This document shows, piece by piece, positions 27,401 through 41,521 of a stretch of DNA of 64,000 nucleotides. Origin of the DNA: Lingula anatina (Eukaryota; Animalia; Brachiopoda); contig CM120640.1 of NCBI GenBank assembly GCA_051362555.1, positions 32,755,967 through 32,819,966 on the forward strand, given 5' to 3'. The notes under the pieces were generated by a model. That model had not been told where the DNA came from. It saw nothing but the letters and a program-made list of their open reading frames with translations, and did no database searches. Position numbers and translations under genes: made by a program. Position 1 is the stretch's first letter. Each line of letters starts with the position of its first letter.

Positions 27401-30400
27401 TCAGCAGTTTTTAAAGGTCTTTTCTTTTTATAAAAAAGTGAAATATAATCAGTGTTCATTGTGAATGTTAGGTTAACATTAAGATTTTTGTTGACGTTGT
27501 TGTTGAGAAATAAAAGATAATACAACATAGACACAAAAATTGCAAACAAGCATGGTGTGAGGTTTTTTGAAGTACAGGACTGGGCCACTGAATCTAATCC
27601 ACAATTGTATTCTGACATTTACAAACTTAGGGGGTTTATGCATATACCAGTAAATATAAAATGCCAAGTGTTCACTTCAAAGGCCAGTCAGTCTCATAAT
27701 GAAGAAGGGCACGGCATCCTGGAATGAAAATATATCATAGATTCTTCAGTGTTTTAAGAGGAAGCACTTGTATAACAAAAAAATGTGACTTTTTTGTGGA
27801 TAATGTTCAAGAGGTCTCCTTAAGTGGCGTCGCTTTGAAAAATGTGGAGGAAATTAGAAGTTTAATGGGGATGGTAACACTTTGTTTGGTAGTAAAATGA
27901 TACCATCCCTTTGTTTGTAGTTGATTTATTTTTCTAGGTAGTATTTAATGCTTGAAAAAATTAATGTGGTGGTCCAATAGTGTCTTCTATGCCAGTTTAT
28001 GTGGCATTTAGGTGTTTGGTCCCGTATTTGTGGCACATTAATTTAATATCTTCAATGATGGATGGGTCTGGCAATAGAGCTGGTGTGGAAAAAATGCCTC
28101 TCAATATCACAAAAGAGGGAGGGCAGGGGGTCAAATACCTGTTAAAGGAACCTTTGATGTACCTGCGTGCCTGCTATAAACTGGTTTGGGACTTGATAGG
28201 AGTGCAGCGGAGCAAAGCCAGACGTCACTTCATACGGTCCTCACTCTAGGCTGTATCATGTCAAAAGTAATAAATCCCAGTCAGTGATGGATGCTAGTAC
28301 AATTCAACCACTATCCAAGATGTATCAAGATAGGATGTGGTAAATAATAGGGCTGGAGAATCAAAGGGGTTGGTATGTGGTCCATGCAACGTACACTGTG
28401 TTACTCAATATCAAGTCCAATGTTCTCTTTTTTTTTTTTAATGGTTTAAGCTCATTCGGTGTAACCAGTCATATTTATAAACAAATATCGGTGTCCAAAT
28501 AGGTTCTATTGGAGTGCATTTTGTACGAATTGGATGACATTCTCACCAATATTGAGTGAAGGAGTTATCTTTTAAACCCTTGATAAACAGTGGCACATCT
28601 GATTCCCAAAAGTCATGTTTCCATTTTCAGCTATAGAGATATTGATTAGTTCTTGTACAGTTAGTGGTATCTGTTTGCCTCAGCATGGGGGATAACCTTT
28701 CTGTAAACCACTCTCAGCCACATATTTTAACCACAATTTTCCATGAAGTTATTCCATTCAAAAGAGACCTATTTGAAACCCATGACCAATATTTGTTACA
28801 TAAAGTTAACAGCACAGTCAGTTTTTACATTATGGAAAGGATACTGGGAAGAAAACATCTTTCAGCAGTCCCTGCCTGCTGTGTAACAAAACACCACTGT
28901 GAATCCTTTGATTTCATCACATTCACTGCATTTGTTTTCTTTTACCTGCTCCAGCCAGTTGGGCTGCCATTCAGTCAAGCATACTTTCACAAACACATGA
29001 AAATGCCATGGAAACAGTTTTTTAATTGATATTATGAACATTAGAAAATGTGTGTTGCTTACCCTCAGCTGGTTACATTTCTACTCAAAACCAAACGTAT
29101 TCGGAATGTTACACTTTGTTCATATTACAATATTTCAGCAGCTCTATATTTCTAAAAGATATATTCTTGTGCAGCTGTGTAATAATTAAAATTAATTTTT
29201 GTCTTATAGAGAAACTGGCCCAGTAACTCATGGGCTGCTCATGCAAAAGTCCCGCAAGGGGAAGACATTTGCAGACAGTGCAGAGTCCAACAATCCATGT
29301 CGGTTAAGGTATCAGCAGTCTTTAGTGGAAGTCTATGCAAAGTTCCGCATCCCCAGAGGTGACAGAAATGAATATTTACCACTGAAAAAAGCCTCAGTGC
29401 GTGTAACAGATCTCATTGCCAACCAGTTGAGGATAGCTGATTCAAGTATTGCTGACCTTCGTGGCCGTTTGGTAGAAGGAAAACGCCAAGGACTTACTGA
29501 AGTTCAAGTAAGAGATTGATTTTCATTAGATTTTCTTCTATCAATTTGTGTTTTAAGACAAAGGTCAGCAGAAACACATTTCCCTCGATTGAAATATAAA
29601 CTAGAGGAAATATAAATTGCTTTATTTTGATGGTTCTATGGAATAAATTTATTATATAAGGTAGACAGAACAATAAAAAGAGAGAAAATCAAAATACTTT
29701 TTTGGTGTATCTGTTACGTGATTTAAAATGCCTTGAGTTATATTGGATAAAGCAATTTCATTACAAATTTCTACACCAGGTTCTTTCTCCAAATGGACGT
29801 GTGGTGGGTGCGTGTGAAGTGCGTGTGGGCACTGACAAAGTATCCCTGGAAAAATTATTGGTCACCATGGTAACTAATTTAAGTGTAACCATAGACCCCT
29901 GGCAAGAAATGGCCAACACCTATGTTGCTAACATCAAGATAGAACAGCAGCTGCAAAGGAAATACCAGGTAAATTGACTGAAGGGCCAGTTCTTTATTTC
30001 TGTGTATCTTTTCCTTGCATAAATGATATTCAGTTTGGTCGATTTGTGCTCTTTGCATCTCTGACAAGTGGTGCTTAAACATCAGAATTTTGGCAAAGAT
30101 TCAAGTTTGTATCATTTCATCTGCACAACTTTACCTAGATGTGTATGGGAGGTAATATTTCAGAATTTTATGCCAGGTTGAATGGACATAAAAAGTTCCA
30201 GTGCTAATGGTCAGATATTTGGAAGGTCTGGTGTTTTGGAGGAGAACTAAATTTCCCTTTAAATTCTTGTGTATACATGTCTTTAATTGATATAAAACAG
30301 AGATGTTTATGCATAACCTTGGAACAAGCAGACAACTGTGCATGTGTTTGTAAATGGGGAAGGAAACATACTTCCCCCGCATGGCGGGAAGTGACTATGA

Positions 30401-32577
30401 AAACAAGTAAGCACATCTGGAGTTGACCACATTTTCCTTTTGATGCAGCATTTGAGTAAAAAAAAGCCCCACTTTGTACTGTGTGACCTTAAAATCCACT
30501 GACTAAAATACATGTAACACTTCGGAATGTCATATTTGATGCTTATTAGGGTGTGTCATATAGAATTGGCACATTTTGGAGGATTCATATTTTGTGCTAA
30601 GGATTTGTCATATAGCTAGGCTTGGCACACAAGCGTCCCATTATGAAACAGTATATTGATGAGATTCCCTAGACATAAAAGATCATGCACCATCAGTCAT
30701 GTTAGTAGTATGGCTAAGACTGCTCCCTTCAAATTAAGCGCATATTGCTTAGTGTGTGTTCAGTGCCATAAAAGTCATTAGAAAAGGGTATTGATTTTTG
30801 GTCTACATTAAGTGATGATGCTCGTAATGCATGAATGCAGAGTCAAGGGATTTATTCTTTGCCCATGCAGAATTCTGTGTATCTAATGGAAAACTGTGGC
30901 CTAATCATATTATACAGCAAGCACCAGCTTTTAGTAATTATATTGGGTGGAAAATAATTCTACAAGGTTCAGCAAAGCTCTTTTTTCATTATGTTTATTT
31001 ATTTAGGATATATCGACTGTGCATGACAATTTTCCTATATGGGAGCTCTGAAACAAATTTTACAGTATTTGACAATAAGAGCAGATTGTTTTGCATAAAT
31101 AATCATGCAAGAATTTCCCCATTATTTTTGCTTGAGAGAAAATGCAAATACAGCCTAGATTGACCAGCACAGTCCTGAGGGAGGTTGTATTCAGTGCAAG
31201 TGCAGAGAAATGAAAATTAACTCATTCAATCAAGTTGCTCTGTACTGCTTCTCAGCACGACACATGCAGCAATTGATTTCTTTTCAACATGAGTATTATT
31301 CAGCATGATCCCAAAGTGAAAGTAAATGAAAGTCGTTTCCCTATTCTACCAGATCATTTCCCTGTTTTCATTTCCATTTTGGAAGGAAATAAGAGCGAGC
31401 AAATGAAATATCTCTTTCTTAATACATTAATTTGTTTCCTTTAAATTTTCAGGAAGGAATTTTAGACATATCAGTTCAGTTCTCTGATGGCAGTGTGATG
31501 CCCCTGCGCTACTTCCCTTCCTCTAGTTTTACTCTGGATACTGCTTCTCTGAACAACCATGTGGTAGCCAAGGGTGGATTGTATGGTCCTGCACAGCCTC
31601 ACGTCATTGCAGTGGGGCAAGGAAAGGGGGAGTTACTCAAATTGACTCTCGAAGTGAATGAATCTTGCCAGCGACGTAAAACCAAACCCTTGTCTATAAC
31701 ATATGTCTATGTGGATGTTGATTTCTCCCGAGATGAACAATTTGGGGAGCATCTGCAGAATGATGGGCATTTTAGCCCTCTAGTTAATAGTGCAAGTGAC
31801 AGATGGGAAATAAAGGAGATTTACACAGACAAAGGCTTCCTACATATTGATCTGAATAAGGACTTTGATAAAACAACAGAAAAGAAGGAGACTAAGTCAA
31901 GGTCAAAAGATAAATATGAACGAGTGGAAAACATCCCACTAGGGATTGATCTGGGTAATTTGCCTAAGTCTGCGCCCCAACCTCTGCCTAAAACTGAGCC
32001 AGAGACAGAAGCACAGCCACAGCAAATGAGTAAAATGAATGGGATCACACCCCTTGAGATTGGAATGTATATTTTACTTGCTGTGTTTGTATTGGCTATC
32101 TTTGTATTTTTGGTCAATTGTATTGTATTTGTTGTACGTTACAGACGTAAGCGTGTGCCAAAAGACAGTAGTGAATCTATTGCCCAGGCTATGGACTGGG
32201 TCTGGATTGGTAGCTCCACTCTGGAGCGCACTTCTTTTAAAACCCAATGCTCAGAAACTCTGATGCCAAAGGCAGACTTTGATGAGCAGAAGCGCCACAG
32301 CTCACAGTCAATTCACAGTGCTCGTAACTCTATTGGTAGTCGATCTAGTGCAGTCTCTACATATAAAGGCTCAGAATGTAGTATACGTATAACCAGCAAC
32401 CCACAGGCAGATGAAGAAGAGGAGGGAGACAGTGGAGAACAGGAAGAGACAAACAATCTTCCTGAGGCAGAAGCTGACCATTCAGATGGCAGTTTATTAT
32501 GGGATCAGGAAGCTTTGGGGATGACACATGATGAAATTTTGGTGTACTTTGACAATCTCAAAGAGTCAAATGCATAA
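18497..32577 (+). CDS. TMEM132: TMEM132-family single-pass membrane protein; 9 coding exons
   Basis: Exons: 18497-18548, 20374-21181, 21332-21481, 23532-23739, 25200-25343, 26964-27169, 29210-29507, 29780-29968, 31453-32577 (GT-AG, phases consistent). Signal-peptide-like start MADLWPIWAYLWTSALLGLSQA. Family motifs: TELINTAILTG, LKVSSSCLDVYLDGTE, RVWVPDFPLEVVLSDNKLSQIKAW, CRLRYQQSLVEVYAKF, QEGILDISVQFSDG, TM segment ITPLEIGMYILLAVFVLAIFVFLVNC, cytoplasmic DWVWIG. The first exon is less certain than the rest. Confidence 0.92.
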
Positions 32578-33562
32578 CACAGTGCATTACGATCTTAGAT
32601 GAGTGATGAGCAAAATACCTTTTTGGGTCCCAAATACATGTTTGTATTTATAATATCAAGATTTCTTGATAATATGTAGTACTTACTGTGTTCGTTTATT
32701 ACTTACAAAAATATTCTGTTATATGCCATATTTTAAATAAATTCAGTTATATTAGATATCATTAGATGTCATTCATATGTATATATTTTGTGTATGGTGC
32801 AGTATGTGTGCTTTGTCTTGCCAGAGATAAGTAAAAGAATTTTGTCCTGCCAAGATAACCATAGAATAGTTCTTATGTAATTGACATGAAATAAAAATGG
32901 CTAAACTTTTTGAAAAATCTAATGATTAATTCTAGAAAAGCTATAGAAATTATTAAGGATAACTGCTTCAGTGCATAACACTGAATTGTGTTTCAGAAAG
33001 GAAGAAATGTTTTTGTTGTGTAGAAGGTAGAGATTAAAAATGTCAAAAAACAAATCTACAGTTGTGCTATTTAAAGTGGTGGACCATTTAGAAAAGATAA
33101 AATTATTTATCTGATAGACTGAAAATAAAGTTTTATTTGTTTTCATATCACTGTTAAAAGAATCTATGAAACTACTTAAAAATATTGAATCCATTAGGTT
33201 AATCTTGGCAGAGGAAAAGGACAGCAAGAATGGTGTAGCTACTTCACAGGTTAAATATGTTGGATCATTATGTAATTGTATAGTTGTGCAAATGTTATAG
33301 ATGTTTTCACAACTGGTTTGATTACCCAGTCGTCTGGTAACACTTCCTTATTATTGTATTTATTGACATCAGTAACATATTCATATCATGTAAATACCAT
33401 TATATACATCAAATTATTCCTGTTGAGCTCCATTACAAATGTGAAATAAATGAGTAAAATTGATGACTGTTTCTGCTTTTAGAACTCCTGTTAACATATC
33501 ATCAGAGTTTGTGACATGAAAATCATTAACTTGGCCAACAATGCTCCAGTGTGAGAGAACAT

Positions 33563-33566
<4 letters not shown>

Positions 33567-33615
<49 letters not shown>
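33567..33615. repeat. (AT)n microsatellite
   Basis: About 24 perfect AT units downstream of the TMEM132 stop. Confidence 0.95.
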
Positions 33616-33618
<3 letters not shown>

Positions 33619-35828
33619 CACTTGTAACTGCACCATTATGCTCCTTTGGGGCTTTCTTGACAAACCCATTTTTATATGCAGAAACAGATGTGTCTGTACA
33701 AAAGCAAAATAAAAGGAAGACCATTTTCAGTTTCAGACCAGTTTTAGCTGAAATGAAGGCATTTTGTGTTATTGACATGAAAATTGCTTTTTTTTTTTTT
33801 TTTTTTTTTTGTTGTTGTTGTTGTTTCTTTTTGAGAATTTGATAAGACTCCCCATGTAATTTGCCTAGATATCATTTAATCTGTCTATTCAAAAGGTTTT
33901 GTAAATGAAATACCATATCTGGCTAAAAAGAAAATATCAATCTTAATAGCAAAAAAAAAATAATAATAAATTAAAAACTGTGGATGGACTATGGTACAAA
34001 CTATGTGGAGAACCTTTTTGTTATAGCCAACAGTTATGTTGTAAGTTGAAAACGCTTCCAAGTAGTAATCTGTCTGTAATCTTTTTTAAAAAATCTTATA
34101 TATAAATGAACTTGTTAGTGTGCTTGAAACAAAAAATCCATCCAAAAAATGAGAACTTCTCAAGTAAAAACATGGTTGACAAGTTTAACATCATTTGTGA
34201 AAATGTACAGTTCCATGTCTGAATAATAAAATTGAGAATTCCAAAACACTTAAAATGAAACTAGAGTTTTGGGTGTTTATCAAAACTGTTTACGCTGCAG
34301 ATATTTTGTAAATGTGTTACATTTACGAATCGAGGGCATATTTTGACATTTTATTTCAGATATTGTAATCCATCCTATTAGAGGTGATAACAAAATTTTT
34401 GAACCATCATATATAATGCACCAGGTGGATCACAATAATGCATCAGGTGGTCTCACATAAATTACTGAACAAAGGTAGCTCAACTAACACATCATGTAAA
34501 TGGAGGTGAAAACTACTTAAATCTTGGCCATCACAGAAAAAAAAACAAATTTCACTTGTTTTGGTTTTTATTGTCACTAATTACTGGGACAAGCATTATC
34601 AACATCAGCTTCTGATGACATTTATAATCTAAATTTCGAGTATGCTTCAAAGAAAAATGAAAACCAAACAAAATACAACAACAACAAGCACTATTTTTAA
34701 TGGACAGTTTATTCGCAATACCTTCAGAGGAATAGGCTACATCACTCTCTTCATTCCTACCAGCCAGCAGTAGGAACATGAACCTTTCAATGCAAAAAAA
34801 TCCCACAAATGGGAACCTCTGTAATAACTGTAGCTGTAGCCGTTATTTGTCATTTTTCATCATTTGAAATTTCACACAATGGAGTATTAATTTTGTTTCA
34901 TCAATCTACAAAATAACACGTATGAACTAAACACCCTATTAAGGCATTTAATGCTGTATGATAAGAAACTAATCTGAATTGAACTATCAATGTAATCCTG
35001 ATGTTCAATACACACCTTAAACGTATACATAATGATGACAATGCTGCATTTCATTTACTAAGAGCAATTTTGTCATGGTCATCAACATTCTTTCTCTTAT
35101 CTCATGTTCCAACATGAACATTTATCATTCAAAGTTTGGGTGTACCTGTCAGGTGGCAACAAAAACTAATGAAAGTACCTTTTTTAATTGTAAAAATCAT
35201 TAACACTTCAGGTCAGGGATTACAACTATGCATAAGGTACATGACATCGCATTTAATTAAATGCATATTTTAGAAAATCTTATCGTCCATTTGTAAAATT
35301 GTTTTTTTTTTTTTTTACAAAATATATAATGGAATGGTTTCTTATTTTATTCAACATTCATGTAAGAAAACATCAAGGCATTCAATTCTGTTAGACATAC
35401 ATGCCAGGAATGAAGCACATATAGACAAAACAATGGCTATCTAATGGTGTCATGGGTCATATCCATAAGGAGGAACATTAATTTCAAGTCAGTAAAGAAC
35501 AGATATTGTGTTATATTTGCATAATTTTGACTTCGCCTATTTTTTTTTTTTTTTGCACTGTTCTATACTGAATGACCCTCCAATATGAAAAAAAGTCAAC
35601 AGTGATTAAAAACAATATAAATCTATCATGCAAATATTACACAAAACAAATATGTGGCTCACAGACATGACTAAAATGTTCTCTTTTTGAGGATTGACCC
35701 TCATTATTTGGTTGTATAGTAGTTACACTATTTCATGTATTATGCTTTTAATATCTACAAGTTTAGTATTCTGTCGGGCAATATCGGAATTACTGTATAT
35801 GCCATTTGGCACAAACAATCATAGGTGT

Positions 35829-36040
35829 ATTCCCAGAGATTTAGATCGATCCAGGGATTAAGATTTAGATCGACCTAACTCCCTGGGGGTTCACGCTAAA
35901 TTGCAGTCAGCCGAGCGCGCACCATAGTTAACTACCCCCTTACAGCTTTCAGTAGGCGGGACAGACGCCTAAGCCGGCTAAGCTGACAGTAATCTAGTGA
36001 GACTCCCCACAGGGATAGATCGATCTAAAATCTATGGAAA
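35829..36040. mobile_element. ~210-bp foldback (MITE-like) element between the convergent TMEM132 and SLC15A4 3' ends
   Basis: Nested imperfect inverted arms: ATTCCCAGAGATTTAGATCGATC / GATCGATCTAAAATCTATGGAAAT, CCCTGGGGGTTCAC / GTGAGACTCCCCACAGGG, and CTAAATTGCAGTCAGC / GCTGACAGTAATCTAG. GC-richer than the flanks. Confidence 0.65.
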
Positions 36041-36497
36041 TGGGGTCATAGTCTTTGACGTACATAATACATTTGATATGGACTATTTCTAGTGGCTCTT
36101 ATCTGGGTATCAGTTTAAATTGTTGTTTATAACATGCTGCAAAGACTGAGATGGCCTTATAGGAAACTTTTAACCTGAATTCTAGCCCTTATATTGGCTC
36201 ATCTTCTAACAAAAAGCAACTCAGGTGAAGAAGAACAACACTTCAACATATCAACAGCATATGCTGCAGAGTAACATTTTACATAAACAATTTAAAAACT
36301 CAATAAATGATATGGCTTAATGGCAAGATACAAAAAGTTTCAAAATTTACAAAAAATTTCTCCCACAGTTTGAACTTGATAAAACCTGAATGCAGTTCTA
36401 AATGTTAAATACATGCCATTACTTAAGCCAAGTGCATATTTTGTACGTTTTGACTTGATGTCATTGAAAAACCAATTGAGTATGGTAATCACGTTTA

Positions 36498-39400
36498 TCA
36501 TCCATCAAAGATAGTTTTCTGCACGTGGCTCGAATCATCGCTTATATTACCAAGGCCGTTTTGTGTTCTCTTTTTCTTTTTAACTTCACCCAGCCTATAA
36601 TACCTAGCAGCCACAAAGAAAATCAGAAGTCCAACAAGCTGGAGCCCTGCTAAAAAGTAATAGTAGTAGTCCAGGTGGCATTCACATGTCTTATTCTTAC
36701 CACATGTAAACTTACAGTTTATATTTCCATTATCCTGGTCAAAAAACCACACACCCTGGAACCAAACCATGGAAAAAGTACCCAGCAAAGCCCCAATTCC
36801 ACTAAAAAGCCAAAACAACCCCATAATGATGCTCTGCATAGAAGCTGGAGATTGAGAGTAGGCAAACTCCAGACCTGAAATGAACAAAATATAAAACAAC
36901 GTTACCTTCGTTCTTTTTGGTCAAGTTATATATTATAATTCTGTTGACTTATTGGGATATCTTGAAACTTTGATTTGAAAAGACATCAATGTGGGTAAAA
37001 TACAAGAAAACATCTAGGGAAAAAGGTTATGAGTACCATTTCACATTCAATTTCTATAAATTTTTACACATGCTGTCCTAATTCTGAATCAGATAGAAGG
37101 ATAAACCTATCCAAGTAACATATACCTGCGACACTGGCAAAAGCCTCACTGATACCAATTAGGCAGTACTGTGGAATCTGATACAGGATACTTAGGTGTG
37201 AAGCATTATATGAAGTGTTTCCTATAAACAAGAATGTAAATTTATCAAAGGTAAAATAAACATTTGGAAAGTCATTTCAAATGAAAAATACCCTTACATC
37301 TATTACAATCTTTAAAAGCATTAACATGATATCAGTAATTATAATCTCTATTACACACTACAAAACAATTTCCTTTTACATGGATAACAACTGTTCTCTT
37401 TGGCCAATAAATTTCCTCTTAAAGGGATAACAACTGTTCGTTTTGGCAAAAAAATTATTTTTCTGGGTAAACATTAATTTTTCCATACTAACCAATGGTC
37501 AATGAATCCATTCTGACATTCAAAGATAGTCCATGGTTAAAAAAAAATTTGGCTTTTTGTAATAATCTCTTTAGAGATTATAACAAAGGGTAGCCATCTA
37601 TGGAGGTCACATGGACTGATGGCAAACACAGATTTCAGGATAAGTGCAGTTACCACTGATTTGGTGGTAAAATAGAATTTATTATACTTCTATGAAGTGT
37701 TAACAATGTATTTATTGTGAAATATGAAACTCAAACATAGAGTTTTTATCCCTTTAAATATAACTTTTAAACTACTTACCAATTTCCTGTATGATGATCC
37801 CGTTGTTATGTACATCATGTAATCGTATTGTCTCAATACCCCCCGCCATTGCAACAGCAAGGACAGAAAACAACAGTCCAACTGTAATACGGGAGATCAT
37901 GCTAAACTGTCTTCCAGAGCGGTCAAGTTTAGGATAGACACATCTGTCCAACAGAGGGATTAGAAACAACAAAAAGAGGACATCAAAAAGAGAAAGACTG
38001 GCAACTGGTACCTGCAAGGAAAACATAAAAATAAATAAAACTTCAAATAATTTAATAACTGAATATTAATAATGATTTTAAGGTTTGCATTGAGGCATTT
38101 TTCACTTATGTTTTATAATGCTTAGTTCTTTTTTTATTCCTGAAAAACATTTAAAATAATCTCAAAAATCATTATAAAATATTTTGTCACCTTTCTTACT
38201 AGCTGCATTAGAACATCTCATCATTCCCAAAAATGAAAAAAGGAAATAATGAAAATGTAATTGAAACAAATAAAATGTAAAACAAAAACTTATTTTAATT
38301 AAAACACACAATAATATGCCTAAATAAACTTACGTCATATTCCTTTTTGGGTTCAAATATACTCAGACTCATGTGAAGACCTTGCACAAGAAATGTGGAT
38401 TCCATCTAAAAAAAGAAATTGCCAAAAATAATACTTCATCCAAACTCAAATAAGGAGAAAATTATCTTTACTTCTTTATGCAAAAGTTCTTAAAATTTTT
38501 TCAAACAACACACAACAAAATTCCTATATACCTGAAAATACACCATCCAATATGGAATGAGTGCTGAGAAGACCATCATAATTTTCCCCAAGGCCTTGAC
38601 ATCATCTACCATGGACTCATGGTAGCTGCCTCCAAAGCGCACTTTGGCATAGTCCAGACAGTCTGTGGGTTTACTACTGTGCGACAAGTCTGCAGAGTCT
38701 ACGTGTTCTTCACTGCAATTAACAATGTTTAGTTAAAATTCTACCTCAATGCACTGATATCAGGGTGAAGATCAACAGTCAACAGCCTAATGCTGATAGA
38801 CCCATTTGCTAATTATGGATCATAATTGTTGACTGGGGAAATAATACAGATCTGCACCCTGAAAGAACAGATCTTTAATTCAAAGAGTAAGGTTGTCATA
38901 TTTTACATTCATCAAAATATGCAATTTACCAATCTTACACCAGAACATTTACTTACAAAGCTGGACTGTTTTCTCACTGATACAATCAACTGATTTATGA
39001 GAATCAAAGAATATTAATAAAAAAGCAACGATTATTTTCTATTCATCCTAGATAAATTACCTATGGAAAGGTAACTGCCCATCAATTACTTTTCTATTTC
39101 TTCGGTTCCTAAATGCTTCACCTATAATCTTGAAAATATTGGTAAGAACACTCCCGGTAGCCGGCCTCCTAATGTAGGCAGGAGTACCTGTAAAATATTG
39201 AATAATTATCAACATATATGTTATTAAACAAAAAGTAGTTTACAGTACACCATAGTAATGTTTCAAATAACATTTTAGTTTCCAGTCCTAGAAATCTACA
39301 CCTGATTGCAATCCCCCCACCCCCATTTGATACCTTTAAAATCCAACAAACCACTTTTTGTACCGATTGCTAATTGTGGGATGCTGCAATTGAAAGCAAT

Positions 39401-41521
39401 CTGAATGTGGCTTATCACTCATTTCACAATTGGACAAGATAACTGACAGAATATCCTCTATCATACACATCATGTGTTCAAACAGTCTGAGAGTCAACAC
39501 TAAACTAGGTTAGTACACTGAATGACACGAAAACAGACATTCTAATTCCATTTCAACTGATAGGCAATCATGTAACATAATTTAGAAAATTAATCCCTTG
39601 TCAACATGGAAGTTGGATAAGTTAGCAATTTCTCGAACCTAATGACATTTTTTTTTAGCAAATCCATCATTTTCTCCATCTCTGCTTGTTTGTGGTAAAA
39701 TGATAAAAATGCTTTCTAGAAATATGCTGGGAAACAAACTTTGAAATATCACCAGGGCCAAAACATTTATTTCAGTAAAAATCTATCAAGCCTTGCATAT
39801 ATATATACAAAATAACAGTAATAAGGTAAGTGTCATATTCTGACGGTAAAAAAGTGATACAATACCTATGACAAACAGAAGGAATGAGACTCCAAGGCAT
39901 ACTAGAGGTATTAAGTATCCACGGAAGAAATCGATATTTTGCTGCACATAAGCTATGATTGTAAGTGATAAAAATGCCCCTATGTTAACACACCAGTAGT
40001 ACCAGTTGAAAAACGTCCGCATCACCTCTGCTCCATCACGACGAACCTGAAAAAAAAACAAAAAAAAAACCGTCACAGTTCAATAAAACTAAATCATGAT
40101 TAACCTGAAAAGATTGAAGAAGAGGGGGTGGGTAGACCATTTAGCTGCTTTAAATAAAAGACATTGAAAAAATAAAAAGAGCTCTTATGTCACAGAATAC
40201 ATGGCTATGCAGAGTTAAGATGGAGAAGTACCCCCTACCAGGGCAATAGATTGATTTTTCACAAGTTATTCACAGATATGTCTTTACATAAATAGCTGGC
40301 CATTTGGTTCTCTGGCTTTTGGAAAATTTGCCTATAATATCTACCACCCTGGTAGAGGGCAATGGAAGGGCATGTTTTGACAACGCTGGACCAGCTGCAT
40401 TCATTTACCAAAATTTTAGCTTAACTGTAAAGCCTTGTTATGTGACAAAAATCACATTTAATACAGATAAAATGAAAGAGCAATCATTTTGAAAACAATA
40501 GACATTGTGATAAATGTTTAGATACAGTGGGGCTTGGCTCTGAATACATGTAGAACTGCCAAATTGAATGCATTCAAACAGTAAAACAAATAGTAGTTAT
40601 GTATGTATACAACATGAAGTATCCAGGAGAATACCATTATCATTGCAACACTGATAAACTGTTTGCATTATCATGCATGGGTCTAATTGATTTCAAGTGC
40701 TGATAATGATAGTGCAATTGTTGATCCTTGTTCTAGTTTACACTTCATGTTTAATGTGGGAGATATACAGCATTCTGTTACTTATATTTCAAAAACACAA
40801 CCGTGAAAGTAATATATACTAGGAATCTCTTCATGGTGAACTGTTTCATATTATTATCATCATTTCCTTTAATGATTACAACAGTGTTACTAAGAGACCA
40901 GCCCTTCACCTGCTCAGCTCCGAAAGGTGCCAAATTTGCTTTCACGATTCCTACACCACATGCCATAATGAAAAGAGACAAGTATGCTGCCCACGCACAC
41001 TGTTCAGTCCAAGGATATCTGTGGTTCTCATCATCTCCACTCGAGCTCTTATTGCCTATAACGTACCAGCCTGTGGTTTCAGTTCTGCAGAAAGCTGGAG
41101 CTTTTTTTCTTGTAACATTTTTCACGACATCCCAGTCCCAGTCAGCTTTTAGGTTGGAAGGGTTCGGCGCCATAAATGGCATAAACAAATACCCACCAAG
41201 GTAAAAAATAAAGGCCAAAATAATGCTTCTGTATTTTCCACAACCACTGTCTGCCATGAAACCCCCGACCAGAGACATCAAATATGAAATTCCGAAGAAA
41301 AAGGCCTGGGCATTGACAGAGTTGTATGACGTCCAAAGATATGGTTCTTCGTTCAAGAATAAGACGAGATTTCCTGCGATTCCATAAAAAGCGATTCTCT
41401 CGAACATTTCTGATGAGAGTATTGTAAAGCAGGCAAATCTGCGTCGCCATATTGCTCTGTTATTTAAGCGCCCTGGTCCCGATGAAGCTAGCAATCGCCT
41501 CCTTTCGCTGTTGTTATTCAT
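36498..41521 (-). CDS. SLC15A4: SLC15A4/PHT1-like proton-coupled peptide/histidine transporter (POT/PTR2 family); 8 coding exons
   Basis: Exons: 40910-41521, 39866-40046, 39061-39187, 38532-38712, 38334-38405, 37780-38011, 37126-37221, 36498-36874. ExxERxxxY motif EMFERIAFY, plus [56 protein letters not shown] and [15 protein letters not shown]-terminal dileucine signal ERRRLL. Confidence 0.93.
37423..37753. mobile_element. 331-bp Kolobok-like MITE with TTAA target-site duplication, in an SLC15A4 intron
   Basis: TTAA|AGGGATAA ... TTATCCCT|TTAA termini and an internal palindrome TGTAATAATCTCT-TT-AGAGATTATAACA. A second copy lies at 54578-54908. TTAA TSD with AG..CT ends fits Kolobok better than piggyBac (CCY..RGG). 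Confidence 0.75.
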
